Positions 40,954-53,737 of a stretch of 64,000 nt of DNA are shown in pieces. Positions within the stretch are counted from its first letter, which is position 1. Every line of letters begins with the position of its first letter. Source of the DNA: Octopus sinensis (Eukaryota); assembly GCF_006345805.1 (NCBI RefSeq), contig NC_043000.1:11842001-11906000 (forward strand), in the 5' to 3' direction. A model generated the notes under the pieces. The model was given only the letters and a program-made list of their open reading frames with translations. It was not told where the DNA came from and did no database searches. The position numbers were made by a program, and so were the translations under genes.

Positions 40954-42154
40954 ATGTAATGCAATTTTTATTCGTTGGATTTTTTAAATATGCTAAGCCA
41001 CTGGTTTTAATTGATTAATATCAAATTCTACCGTTATTATTTAATTATATATATATATATATATATTAATGGAATGTTAGGTAACAATCTGGTTATATAA
41101 CCTTGGGCTCATCAGAGTTAACTGATATGGAAGGGAATATATATATATATATATAGACACAGGCATGGCTGTGTGGTAAGAAGCTTGCTTCCTTAGCACA
41201 TGGTTCTGGTTTCAGTCCCATTGCATGGTACCTTGAGCAAGTGTCTTCTACTATAACCTTGGGCTGACCAAAGCTTTGTAAGTGGATTTGGTTGATGGAA
41301 ACTGAAAGAAGCCTGTCATATATGTGTGTGTGTGTGTGTATGTATGTTTTCGTTCAGTTTCCTTGTATGTTTCCACTGTCCTGTTTTTGTTCCCAACTTT
41401 GACCCACCATAAATCCCAAATTTTATTTGGTACTTATGGGAGCAACTGTCTTTGAAGACTCATATTGTGGTTGAATGCTCGAAATGAGGAGTAGATAGAC
41501 CGCCAACAACTGATGAAGGGTTGTTCTTTATATAATACTAGCTATACTTAGATGTGTTTTAATGCCTGGAATCATTTCACTTGATATTCACTCTTCATTC
41601 TTAATTCTGCCCTCTCCACTCTTGTTTTACATTGATCCCCCTTCTGGGCCACTAAGTTATCTCTCCTTCTCCATCATCATGCATCTTTCACTCTCCCCAG
41701 ACACAATGCCTACTTTTCCCCTCACACTCTTGCATTTTAACCAACCATATATCATCCCATCCTTCCCTTATCTACTGTATCATTATTGCTATTCTCCTGT
41801 TCTCCACTCCTTTCTGTAGTGTTGGCCCTCTCTTACTCTCCTCTACTTCCCCTAACTTATATTTATTATTGATTACCCAACCCCTTAGCTACCATTTCTT
41901 CCATCCACCCATCAACCCTACCCAATCTTTACAGTCACTACCTGTTCTCACGGGCATGTATTTATTATCCCTCAACACTTGATTTCCATTCATTATATTT
42001 ATCCCTTCACCTATTCCCCGATCCCTAAATATCTCTTGCTCCTCCCTTACATTCTTGCAGCTTCTATCCATCCACACTCTCTGTTCTTCTGTACCCTATA
42101 ACTTCTGTTCACTTTGTATTTTTTAAGAGTTCACCCTGACATACTCTACTTTTT

Positions 42155-42560
42155 TACACTTTTATTTGTTTCAGTCATTTGACTGTGGCCATGCTGGATA
42201 ACCACCTTTAGTCGAGCAAATCGACTCCAGGACTTATTCTTTGCAAGCCTAGTACTTATTCTATTGTTTACGTCCCCGTAACTTAGCGGGGACGTAAACA
42301 CACCAGCATCGGTTGTCAAGCGATGTTTTTTTTTTGGGGGGGGGGGTCAAACACAGACGCACAAACATATACACTCACATACATATATATATGTACATAT
42401 ATATGATGGGTTTCTTTCAGTTTCCCAAATCCACTCACAAGACTTTGGTCAGCCCGAGGCTATAGCAGAAGAAACTTGTCCAAGGTGCCACGCAGTGGGA
42501 CTAAACCTGGAACCATGTGGTTGGTAAGCAAGCTACTTACCACACAGCCACTCCTTCACC
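42155..42560 (-). mobile_element. SINE family A
   Basis: Consensus match. Confidence 0.85.
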
Positions 42561-43676
42561 TATCTCACATTTTATCTCTCTTTCTATCTCCATCCTAGTT
42601 ATTATCACTATCTTTTCTATAATGTGAGTTACCATGTAGCATCGCCACTGCAAGTAACCTGTCTAGTCCTGTCCCTGCTATCATACTCAAATCCAGCATA
42701 AAGCCACACCTCTCTCAGCTTTAGATCCACTATTATCCTTAGCTAATTATATTTCATCATTCTTTGATCTGTGAATTCTTTCCCATCATGCACTGCTTTT
42801 TAAATTTCCTCCATTGTTTTCCTATCACCTATTCTTCTGGTACTTTATTTATTGTTCCTTTCTCAAAACCCTTAACTCTTTAATTGCATCTTGGAATGGT
42901 CATCATACCAATAATAAACACATGCACTGGTTCTTTTACACTTCTTATATTATTATTAATTTGAGACAACGAGCTGGCAGAATTGTTAGCATGCCAGGCA
43001 AAACGCTTGCTGGGATTTTGTCTGCCTTTATGTTTTGAGTTCAAATTCTGCTGTGGTTGACTTTGTCATTTATCCTGCCAGGGTGGATAGAATAAGTACC
43101 AGTTGATCACTGCGGTCAATGAAATCAACCAGCCCCCTCCCTTCCCAAATTTGAGGCCTTGTGCCTATATTAGAAAGGATTATTATTAATTAATTGATCA
43201 TCATCATCATCATCATCATTTAATGTTTGTTGTCCATGCTGGCATGGGTTTCTCTGTGTGTCTTTGCGTTCGTGTTTGTACCCCACCGCTGCTTGATGTC
43301 CAGTGTTGGCTTGTTTCAGCACAAGTGTCCAACAGAATAAGGGCCAGACTTAAAAAAAAAAAAAACACTCAAACAAATAACAAAAACAAAATAAGTGTTG
43401 TGTTTGATTTATATGTCTAAACCCTAGAAGGTAGTACCCCAGTATGGCCACAGTCCAATGGCTAAAACAAGTAGAACCTTAGTGATAAAAGATAAAAACA
43501 ACACAACGCTTTCATAGGCTAATAGCAGCAGTGGCAGCAGTGGCAGCAGTGGCAGCAGCAGCAGCAGCAGGGGCAGCAGCAGCATCAAATAGCTAAATTT
43601 TTATAGTGTATTAGTGATTTAGTCAGAGAAGTAAGGGTAGACTTCTTGACCTTTCTGCAGGGTCTGTAAGACTAAT

Positions 43677-43719
<43 letters not shown>

Positions 43720-44702
43720 GAATAAAGGAAATATAAAAAAGAATAAAACAAACAATTACTCAAAGCTACAGTAGCAGACACTTGAATAAGATTGACACAC
43801 ACTAGGAAAGAACCTGGAACCATGAGATATGAAGCAAAAATTTTAACTACACAACTACACTAGTGACGTTTAAAAGCTTAGCATTCCTCTTAATAAAAAC
43901 TACAGCTGCAGGAAACTGATCCTTGGTACTTTAATGGGGTGGGTAGTGGGGAAATTTATAGCCGTTTTTTTTTTTAAAAACCGCTGGAAGGGAGATGAAT
44001 TGCTGCTGCCTGTAGTGGTCGGGCGTCCATCATTGAAAAGACCAAGGAAGGGCGAAATCACGCGATCTATGGGTGCGATATAAAAACAAGTGCATTTTGC
44101 GCCAAAAACCAGTATAGGAGTTTCTCTCGTGGTATCTACCACAGTATAGTTTATTCTAACAGAACATCCTCGTTTAAGTGGGGATAAATATTACATCCCT
44201 TCTTAGGTTGTACCGCTTACATCCCTGCTAAAGTTTGTCATAGCAGACAGTCACAAGGAATTTTACATCGGTCATATATCAGTTTATGATTTAATCCAAG
44301 GCTAGCAATGTCGTCAAAAGAGGTTCGTTTAATTTTTTTTCCTTTTTTTTTACTTGTTTCAGTCATTTGGCGGCACTCATACTGGGGCATTGCCCGTACT
44401 ATTTTTTAAAGCCTGGTACTAATTCTATTAGTTTCTTTGGCCGAACAGCTAAGCTATGGGGACGTAAACACACCAACATCGGTTGACAAGCGATGGGGTA
44501 GTGGAAATCGCGCGCACACGAACACGCACACACACACACATACACATACATGGCAGACTTCTTTAGTTTCTGTCTACCAAATCCACTCACAAGGCTTTGG
44601 TCGGCCCAATGTGCCACACAGTGAGACTGAACCCGGAATCATGTGGTTGGGAAGCAAGCTTCTTACCACACAACCACACCTGTACCTATAGGTGGTTTAT
44701 AC

Positions 44703-45094
44703 GATGGAAGCACTCCGTCGGTTACGACGACGAGGGTTCCGGTTGATCCGATCAACGGAACAGCCTGCTCGTGAAATTAACGTGTAAGTGGCTGAGCACT
44801 CCACAGACACGTGTACCCTTAACGTAGTTCTCGGGGATATTCAGCGTGACACAGAGAGTGACAAGGCCGGGCTCTTTGAAATACAGGTACAACAGAAACA
44901 GGAAGTAAGGGTGAGAGAAAGTTGTGGTGAAAGAGTACAGCAGGGATCACCACCATCCCCTGCCGGAGCCTCGTGGAGCTTTTTTAGGTGTTTTCGCTCA
45001 ATAAACACTCACAACGCCCGGTCTGGGAATCGAAACCGCGATCCTACGACCGCGAGTCCGCTGCCCTAACCACTGGGCCATTGCGCCTCCACTC
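44703..45094 (-). mobile_element. SINE family D, young full-length copy
   Basis: 13-bp TSD AGGTGGTTTATAC at 44690-44702 and 45095-45107; near-identical to 59471-59853. Confidence 0.95.
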
Positions 45095-45283
45095 AGGTGG
45101 TTTATACATTATGATACTGTCTAGTGATTGGTGCCACTCCCTTGGGATGTCCGTTTCACCCCACAACAGATCAAAGAAAAAAATATTGCATTATGAGGAT
45201 CTTACGAAAATCAAAGAAAATTTTAAGGTAAAAAGGAGTAATAAGCAGTAATTCTATTCATCCATTCATTTTTGCTGCCTACT

Positions 45284-46030
45284 ATTTCTGAGAAGGTCGA
45301 GTCTTGAAAGCCCTCTTCTGGGGTCGAGTCTTGAAAGCCCTCTTCCAAGGAGTCCCATGGGAAGCAACCGTCATTACACTTTTCTACAGGATTCCCAAGC
45401 GTGACAAAAGTGAAACTATGGATGTTATCCAGCCATCAGGCTGCAGCTCCATTCGGCCACGCCTAATTATCGGCGTCCAAACAGCTGCGCCATATCGTTT
45501 CCTTCCGATTATCAAGCCAAAATGTTTTGGGGTATTTAGTTTAGTATCTTAATTCTCTGTGTTCTTACCGAGATAGAGGTTATTTTCAACAAGATATCAC
45601 TCATATAATGTCGATTCATTTTGTCAATTACATTTCTCTTTAGACTGCGTGTTCTTTTACCAAAGTTAAAGAGGTAACACTGTCGTGTTACCGAAAACTG
45701 TGTCTTTGAATTTGCTTTCGCCACGTTATCGCGAATAATTAATCCTCGATAATTACCGTGTCTCCAGGTCGAGCCGCAACTTTTCCACACTGAGAGATCA
45801 CAGCTCCAGTTCTTACGGACATATGGTTAGAATGCCACAGGAAAGGATTGCATAACAGATTCTTCTAGGGGTAGGCCACGAGCGGAATGGTAGGATAATA
45901 TCCTTAGATTCAGTTGATCACGCTCGGAAATTGTGCAAGAGAGTGTAATGATGGTTGCTTCAGATAGGACCCTATGGAAGAAGTGCCTGAGGGTTTCACC
46001 CCACGACCTTCTCAGGAAAAGTGAGCAGCA
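45284..46030. pseudogene. Two diverged RTE-like ORF 3' remnants in opposite orientation
   Basis: Plus strand: YGHMVRMPQERIA*QIL..GRPRAEW*DNI..VASDRTLWKKC; minus strand: WLDNIHSF..SVMTVASHGTPWKR. Confidence 0.6.
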
Positions 46031-46131
46031 AGAGTGAAGAGATGGATGGAATTACTGTTAATTAGTTTCTTCTGCCTTAAGGTTTTCATATTGTTTTAGT
46101 CAGATTCTTATAATGCAAGAGCACTTTTTAG

Positions 46132-46560
46132 ATCTTTTCGGTTTGAACGCCAGTTTTTAACATACTTTCTAGGTAACTAAAAAATTTTAAACTTCGTATA
46201 CTGGTAGAATGTGTTTATAAAACATCTTTTTCTCTTGGCTTTATTGAGAAAATTCTATAGTTTGTAAGAAATTTGTTGTTTTTTTTCTTCAATTTCTGCA
46301 ATTTCAACCAATCAGTGACATCTATTGAGTTAAAAAGCATTATGTGCCGTATGAATATGTCCCTCGTTTAAGAAACAGATTGGGTTTATTTACATTTGTA
46401 AAGAAAAAAAAGATACCCTTCCCCCACCCCTAACCCTAACCCTAACTAACCCTAACCCTAAAAGAGATTGAAATGCAATAGATCGATTCTAGGATCATAA
46501 TTATGGGTGACAACTTCATATGACACCGCTAGAAAAAGCTGCCGTTCAAACCGAAAAGAT
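46132..46560. mobile_element. MITE-like element with ~27-bp TIRs and internal (CCCTAA)n
   Basis: ATCTTTTCGGTTTGAACG(C/G)CAG(T/C)TTTT at both ends; CCCTAA x5 at 46428-46461. Confidence 0.75.
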
Positions 46561-46782
46561 ACCACTTTTTTCTTCTCCATATTTTGTGGGACAAAGGAGA
46601 CATTTCAAGCGAGAGTCGTCGATTACTAGGCAGTATTCTAATGTCTAAACTTGATTGATTTGGTAATTAAAGCAATTAAATTTCTAAATGCTTGAAAGGA
46701 GATTTTTGTTAATCAAATAATTTCCCGGGCTTTCAACATCATCTTTCCTGTGCAAATATACGATATACCTACACTACGTTTC

Positions 46783-47194
46783 TTTTTCTTTATTGCCCAC
46801 AAGGTGCTAAACATAGAGGGGACAAACAAGGACAGACAAAGGGATTAAATCGATTACATCGACCCCAGTGCGTAACTGGTACTTAATTTATCGGCCCCGA
46901 AAGGATGAAAGGCAAAGTCAACCTCGGCGGAATTTGAACTCAGAACGTAAAGATAGACGAAATACATATTTTAGCCTCACAAGGGGCTAAACACAGAGAG
47001 AACAAACAAGGACAGACAAAGGGATTAAATCGATTACATCGACCCCAGTGCGTAACTGGTACTTAATTTATCGGCCCCGAAAGGATGAAAGGCAAAGTCA
47101 ACCTCGGCGGAATTTGAACTCAGAACGTAAAGATAGACGAAATACTGCTAAGCATTTCACCCGGCGTGCTAACGATTCTGCCAGCTCGCCGCCA
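46783..47194 (-). mobile_element. SINE family B dimer (one head, two bodies)
   Basis: 18-bp TSD ATACCTACACTACGTTTC at 46765-46782 and 47195-47212. Confidence 0.9.
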
Positions 47195-47685
47195 ATACCT
47201 ACACTACGTTTCAGGCTGTCTGATCTCCAGAATATACACATGGTATCAGGTGGATTCGAATTAAGAAACTTTATTTCTAAAGCAGTGCCTTTTCCCACTA
47301 AGCCACTGGCACATGTATTAAAATCATTAATTAAAATCGTTCGTTAATTAAACCTTTTTTTCCCCATTGTTTTAATTAGATTTTGGCCACACCGTGGATA
47401 AATGTTTAATGTTGTAGCTAATTAATTATTTTATTGTGTTTTTTTGTTTTTCTTTCTTTTCTTATTTTTAATGATTCCGCTATGATTGGTCGCAGAACGT
47501 TTTTCTTTCTTTCTTCCTTTTTTTTCTTCTTTTTCTTCTTGTAATCTAAACAACACTTGAATGAATAAAAAAGAATGGCAATTTGTTTGAGATCGAAACC
47601 ACCCCTTCCAGTTGACATCTTTGTGCACTAAGCACCGTGTTACAGCCAGCTTTGAGTCTCAGTGTCGAAGTATCTTTTCCTTTAA

Positions 47686-47945
47686 GTGAAGGCGCGTGGC
47701 TTAGTGGCTAGGGTATTCGGTTCACGATCGTAAGGCCGTAGGTTTGATTCCCGGTGGAGCAAGACACTTTATTTCACATTACTCCAGTTCACTCATCTGG
47801 CAAAAGTGAGTAGTTTATGTATTTCAAAGGGCCAGCCTTGTAACACTCTGTATCACACTGAATCTTCCTGAGAACTAGGTTAAGGGTACTCGTGTCTGTG
47901 GAGTACTCAGCCACTTGGAACACTCGTCATCGTAACCGACGGAAT
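47686..47945 (+). mobile_element. SINE, E-type head + CORE-like middle + tail 1
   Basis: Homologous to 4433-4747. Confidence 0.75.
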
Positions 47946-48442
47946 ACCAGTTTATCTTTGCCTTTAAAAACCTGGTATAACTGCTTCCTCATTGGGGTAG
48001 GATTGCAAGTTTTCTATTGTCTTTCTTTCGATTTTTTTTGCATGTTAAAATTGCTGATTTCCGTTACATTATTTCGTAAGTTCTATCTATAAAAATAATT
48101 TGTTATTAGCGATTTACCTAAGCAATTTCCTTATATTCTTCAGGAATATGCTTGAGAGTACATGTCTGGAGTGCAATAACGCCATATAAGAACCATGCAT
48201 CACTATGGATCATTAGGTTCTTGTCAAAAGATTGTCAAAGGAAGGAAAGCCACTAAATATCAGGTCATCCCATAAGTTCTGTCCGATTTTATCTTTTTTA
48301 AAATTGAATAAAATTTAATAGTATTTTAGAATGTCTAATGGAATTAAAATTATTTTTATGCATTTGTGTACATTTAAACTAATTAAATATTATTTTACAG
48401 AATAATTAAATTAAAACTTCTTTGATTAAAACCCTTTCTAAT

Positions 48443-49458
48443 ATGGAAGTATCCAAAGGGCATTTGAGGCACATAATGCTTCATGAGTACAAAAAAGGAA
48501 ACTCTGCAGTCGAAGCGACTCGAAACATACACTCAGTTTATGGGAAAGAATGCTTGAATGAAAGAACTTGCAGAAGATGGTTTGCAAAATTCAGAAGTGG
48601 AGATTTCAGCCTGAAGATGAAAATCGAACAGGACGTCCAGCTGAGTTTGATGATAAGCTCCTTGAGGTATTACTTGAAGAAAATCCTGCATTATCAGTTG
48701 AAGAATTGGCAATAAAGCTTAGTTCAAACCATACAACTGTTCATCGTCATCTTCAACAACTTGGAAAGGTTCCTAAACTTGGAAAATGGGTGCCTCATGA
48801 ATTGTCCGAAAACAACTGCAAATCTCGAGTTGACATCTGCTCTTCTCTCCATTCTCGCGAACACATTTCACCCTTTTTGGAAAGACTTGTGGCTGGTGAC
48901 GAAAAATGGATCTTCTATCGAAATGTTAAACGTCGTAAATAGTGGCTTGGTAAAAGGGAAAAGGCTCAACCACAACCGAGAAGAGAACTTCATGGGAAAA
49001 AAGGTTCTTCTCTTTATCTGGTGGGATTGCAAAGGAGTAATTCACTTTGAATTGTAACCACTTAAAGAAACAATCAATGCTCAAGTCTACTGTCAGCAAT
49101 TAGAGCGTTTGAACCAAGCTTTGAAGAAAAAAAGATCCGCTTTAGTGAATCAAAAAGGAGTGATGTTTCATCAGGACAATGCGCGACTCCATACTCCAAA
49201 GATCACATCACAGAAGATCGAAGAGCTTGGTTGGGAAAAAATTCTTCATTCACCTTATCCTCCCGACCTTGCTCCTTGAGACTACCATTTGTTTCGTAGT
49301 TTACAGAATCATTTGGGGGACATAACTTTTGCAAGCCAGGAGGAGGTCGAAACTAACATTTCAGAGTTTTTCGTTTTGAAACTAAAAGAGTTTTACATTG
49401 ATGGGATTAAAAAGCTTGTAAAAAGATGGAAGGAAGTCATAGATAATCAGGGAAAGTA
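48443..49458 (+). pseudogene. Mariner A transposase pseudogene; the last codons (YIDD*) resume after the nested element at about 50730
   Basis: MEVSKGHLRH..., WVPHEL, GDEKW, HQDNARLH, YPPDLAP*DYHLF; 34 residues between the second and third D. Confidence 0.95.
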
Positions 49459-50727
49459 CGAGGGGCGTTCAATAAGTAATGCCCCTGTCCCACTTCCCAT
49501 AGCAGTAGAGCAACGAAACTTGGCACAGTTATTAGTCTTTTTCTACATAGGAACCACCCAGAGTTACGCATTTCTCCCATCGTTTGATGCGGCTCTGGAG
49601 ACCGTTTTTGTAGAAGAGCCCTGCTTGGTCCTCCAACCTCAACGTGACTTCAGAAATCAAGGCTGCATCATCTGGGAAACACTTTCCTTTCAAAAACAAC
49701 TTCATGATTGGGAAGAGGTGAAAATCAGAGGGTGCAAGGTCAGGAAAGTAGGGGGGATGGGGAGGAGTTCATAGCCATACGCCTGTGCTTCTGATCTGGC
49801 GACAAGCGAGTTGTGGACCGGAGCGTTGTCCTGCAGGAGGAGGATGCCTTTGCTGATCTTGCCCCGCCTCTTGATTTTGATAACTTCTCTTAATTTCCTC
49901 AAAAGTGAAGCATAATAGGCTCCTGCAATTGTGGTACCCTTTGCCAGGAAATCTGTCATCACTACTCCGTCCTGGTCCCAGAAGACTGTGAGCATGACCT
50001 TGCCAGCGGAGGGCTGCACCCTTGCCTTCTTTGGAGGGAGTGAGTCACGGTGCTTCCACTGCATTGACTGGGCTTTGGTCTCTGGATCATCGGGATGGAC
50101 CCAGGTTTCATCCTGTGTAATCAGTCTTTTGAAAAATTTTCACTCATCTTCTTGGCACATCTCCAAATTCACCCTCGAGCACTCGACGCGTTCTTGCTTC
50201 TGGAAAGGTGTGAGCAACCTGGGAATCCATCTGGCAGACACCTTTTGCATATGCAAATGGTCATGAATGATAGTTTCCACAGACCCGGTACTAATCTTGA
50301 CCTCATGGGCTATTTGGCGAATAATTATGCGTCGATCTTCCAAAATGGCAGCCTCAACTTGACGGACAGATGCCTCATCAATGGCAGAAGGGGGCGACCA
50401 GATCTGGGAGCTGTTTCCACAGAGTTCCGACCATGTTTGAATTCACGATGCCAGCGTTTTACAAGGTCATATGATGGGGCATCATCACCATAAGTTACTT
50501 TCATTTCATCAAAAGTCTCCCGTGGTGTGCGTCCTTTCAAATACAAAAACCGGATCACTGCACGACACTCAACAGGCTCCATTTCACACTTGACTCGGTT
50601 CAAACACCTGTAAATCAGAAACCTTGCCACTTACTCTATAGAGATATAAATGATTGCACATGCAAAATTTCAGCTAGATCAAACAACTGCAAGTGAGTCA
50701 GAGGCATTACTTATTGAACGTCCCTCG
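49459..50727 (-). mobile_element. Mariner transposon B (DD34D, irritans-like), 1269 bp, nested in A
   Basis: TIRs CGAGGG(G/A)CGTTCAATAAGTAATGCC, TA TSD at 49457-58 and 50728-29. Confidence 0.95.
49532..50582 (-). pseudogene. Mariner B transposase pseudogene (about 3 lesions)
   Basis: MEPVECRAVIRFLYLKG..., WIPRLL, QDETW, QDNAPVH, YFPDLAPSDF, ends GGSYVEKD*. Confidence 0.95.
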
Positions 50728-50900
50728 TACATTGATGATTAAATTTCAATTAAATATAACATTTGATCACTTGTTTTCTTTATTCAAAATTCGAACAGAA
50801 CTTATGGGATGACCTGATAGGTTACAAATGTAACAAAAATTCGCTTTCAGAAACCAGACAAGCAGTGTTTAAGTGTGATTTACACTTCACATTCCACTAC

Positions 50901-51400
50901 TGGCGCTTCGTCCTGTTTCAGTTGATCCTGCCAACGGAACAACCTGCTCCTGAAGTTAACGTGGAAGTGGCTGGGCACTCGACAGACAAGCACACCCTTA
51001 TCGTAGTTCTCAGGAAGATTCAGCGTGACACAGGATGCGACAAGTTTGGCCCTTTGAATTACAGCTATAACTCATTTTGGAAAATGGGTGCCTCATGAAT
51101 TGTCCGAAAGCAACCGCAAATGCCATGTTGACATCTGCTCTTCTCTTCATTCTTGCGAACTCATTTCACCCTTTTTGGACAGACTTGTGACTGGTGACGA
51201 AAAATGGATCTTTTATCAAAATGTTGAACGTCGTAAACAGTTGCTTGATAAAATCGAAACGGCTCAACCACAACCGAGAAGGGAACTTCATGGTAAAAAG
51301 GTTCTTCTCTCTATCTGGTGGGATTGCAACGTACCACCGAGTATCGAACTCATGACCTTACGATCTTGAGCCGAATGCCCTAACCACTAAGCCACGCTCC
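50901..51400 (-). mobile_element. Chimeric SINE: E head + mariner fragment (51077-51329, +) + tail 1
   Basis: The insert translates MPHELSES...GDEKW...KKVLLSIWWDC and sits where the CORE-like middle normally lies. Confidence 0.75.
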
Positions 51401-51667
51401 ATCACAACGTTTTACTGGTAGATGACAGAGAGGTTTCATATATGTAGCGTGCTCCACTCGCACTACATAAGCTCATTTTATAGGCGTCGGAATGGCTGAA
51501 TGGTTAAGAAGCTCGCTTGGTAGCTACATGGTTTCGGATTCAGTCCACCTTGGACAAGTGTCTTATTCTACAGCCCCGTGCTGACCAATATCTTGTGAGT
51601 GAATTTGGAATTTGGATTGTCGGAAAGTGTATGGAAGCCCGTCTTATACATACATACATACATACAT

Positions 51668-51698
<31 letters not shown>

Positions 51699-51709
51699 TT
51701 AACTGTCTT

Positions 51710-52075
51710 TTTACTCTTTTTACTTGTTTCAGTCATTTGACTGTGGCCATGCTGGAGCACCGTCTTTAGTCGAGCAAATCGACCCCGGGACTTATTCTTC
51801 GTAAGCCTAGTACTTATTCTATCGGTCTCTTTTACCGAACCGCTAAGTTACGGGGACGTAAACACACCAGCATCGGGTGTCAAGCGATGTTGGGAGGACA
51901 AACACAGACACACATACATTATATACGACGGGCTTCTTTCAGTTTCTGTCTACCGAATCCACTCACAAGGCTTTGGTCGGCCCAAGGCTATAGTAGAAGG
52001 CACTTGTCCAAGGTGCCACGCAGTGGGACTGAACCCGGAAGCAAGCTACTTACCACACACCCACTCCTATACACA
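51710..52075 (-). mobile_element. SINE family A, full length
   Basis: Consensus match. Confidence 0.9.
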
Positions 52076-52111
52076 CACACACATATATATGCACACGCAC
52101 ACACACATATA

Positions 52112-52647
52112 CAGGGTGTCCCCAAAAAATGTATACACATGCTGCAACAGTCTGTCATGCCAAGCATTAGAGAGGACTTTGAACAGGAAGAGTTTTATTT
52201 CCAGCAAGATGGGGCACCTCCACACTACCATCGCGATGTTAGATCCTTTCTTGATGGGATCTTGCCAAACAGGTGGATTGGACGGAGAGGTTTTGTCGAA
52301 TACCCTCCACGTTCACCAGACCTCACACCACTAGACTTCTTTTTATGGGGATACCTAAAGGACAAAGTCTACGCACAGAAACCTGCAACAGTCGTTCAAT
52401 TGAGGGCAACCACTGAACATAAATGTACGAATATCCCAAGGGAATTGTTCCATGATGTGTGCCATTCCATCGCTTCGCGTTGTCAGCAGTGTCTGGAGCA
52501 GAACGGACATCAGCTTGAGAACATGCGATAACAAGACAATATAATGATATTTGTAAATTCTTTTACATGTTGAAAATTATTCGAATTATAATAAACCCCA
52601 AATTTATAATTATTTAAGGTGTGTATACATTTTTTGGGGACACCCTG
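52112..52647 (+). mobile_element. Internally deleted DD41D (rosa/Visitor-type) Tc1/mariner element
   Basis: Perfect 27-bp TIRs CAGGGTGTCCCCAAAAAATGTATACAC, TA TSD; open C-terminal frame QQDGAPPH...WIGR...SPDLTPLDFFLWG with 41-residue spacing. Confidence 0.92.
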
Positions 52648-52967
52648 TATATATGCACACACACACACACACACACACATATGCATACACACACACACAT
52701 GCTCACATACATACACACACATAAATTTGATTACAGGCATCGATTAAGGAACGAGGCATATCAAAATGAAGCGCTCCATAATGAATGTCAAGACGGAATG
52801 ATGTAAGTCAAACTGTTAAGCAATCCATTATCAAATGCATCGATCAAGTGAAGTTCACTGCTGTTTGGTAATCCGTAAATCCACTGCTATCCAAAGATTA
52901 ATGGGGAATTAAGTGTGGCATAAAAACAAAAAAACAAACAAACAAAAAGACAAAACAAAATGTTTCA

Positions 52968-53737
52968 TATTTCTTTATTGCCCTCAAGGGGCTAAAACAC
53001 AGAGGAGACAAACAAGGACAGACATACGGATTAAGTCGGTTACATCGACCCCAGTGCGTAACTGGTACTTAATTTATCGATCCCGAAAGGATGAAAGCAA
53101 AGTCGACCTCGGCGGAATTTGAACTCAGAGCGTAAACACAGATGAAATACCTATTTCTTTATTGCCTATAAGGGGCTAAACACAGAGGAGACAAACAAGG
53201 ATAGACAGACGGTTTAAATCGATTATATCGACCCCAGTGCGTAACTGGTACTTATCTAATCGACCCCGAAAGGATGAAAGCAAAGTCGACCTCGGCGGAA
53301 TTTGAACTCAGAGCGAAATACCTATTTTTTTACTACCCAAAAGGGGCTAAACACAGAGAGGACAAACAAGGACAGACAAAGGGATTAAGTCGATTAAATC
53401 GAAACCAGTGCATAACTGGTACTTATTTAATCGACCCCGAAAGGATGAAAGCAAAGTTGACCTCGGCGGAATTTGAACTCAGAACGTAGCGGCAGACGAA
53501 ATACCTATTTTATTTACTACCCAAAAGGGGCTAAACACAGAGGGGACAAACAAGGACAAACAAACGGATTGAGTCGGTTATATCGACCCCAGTGCGTAAC
53601 TGGTACTTATTTAATCAACCCCGAAAGGATGAAAGGCAAAGTCGACCTCGGCGGAATTTGAACTCAGAACGCAGCGGCAGACGAAATACCGCTAAGCATT
53701 TCGCCCGGCGTGCTAACGTTTCTGCCAGCTCACCGCT
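52968..53737 (-). mobile_element. SINE family B tetramer (one head, four bodies)
   Basis: Unit junctions GAAATAC|CTATTT at about 53150, 53320 and 53505. Confidence 0.9.

Larger units (their letters stand above)
48260..50817 (+). mobile_element. Mariner transposon A (DD34D, mellifera-like), 1287 bp after removing the nested element
   Basis: TIRs TCAGGTCATCCCATAAGTTCTGT(C/T)CGA, TA TSD on both sides. Confidence 0.95.
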
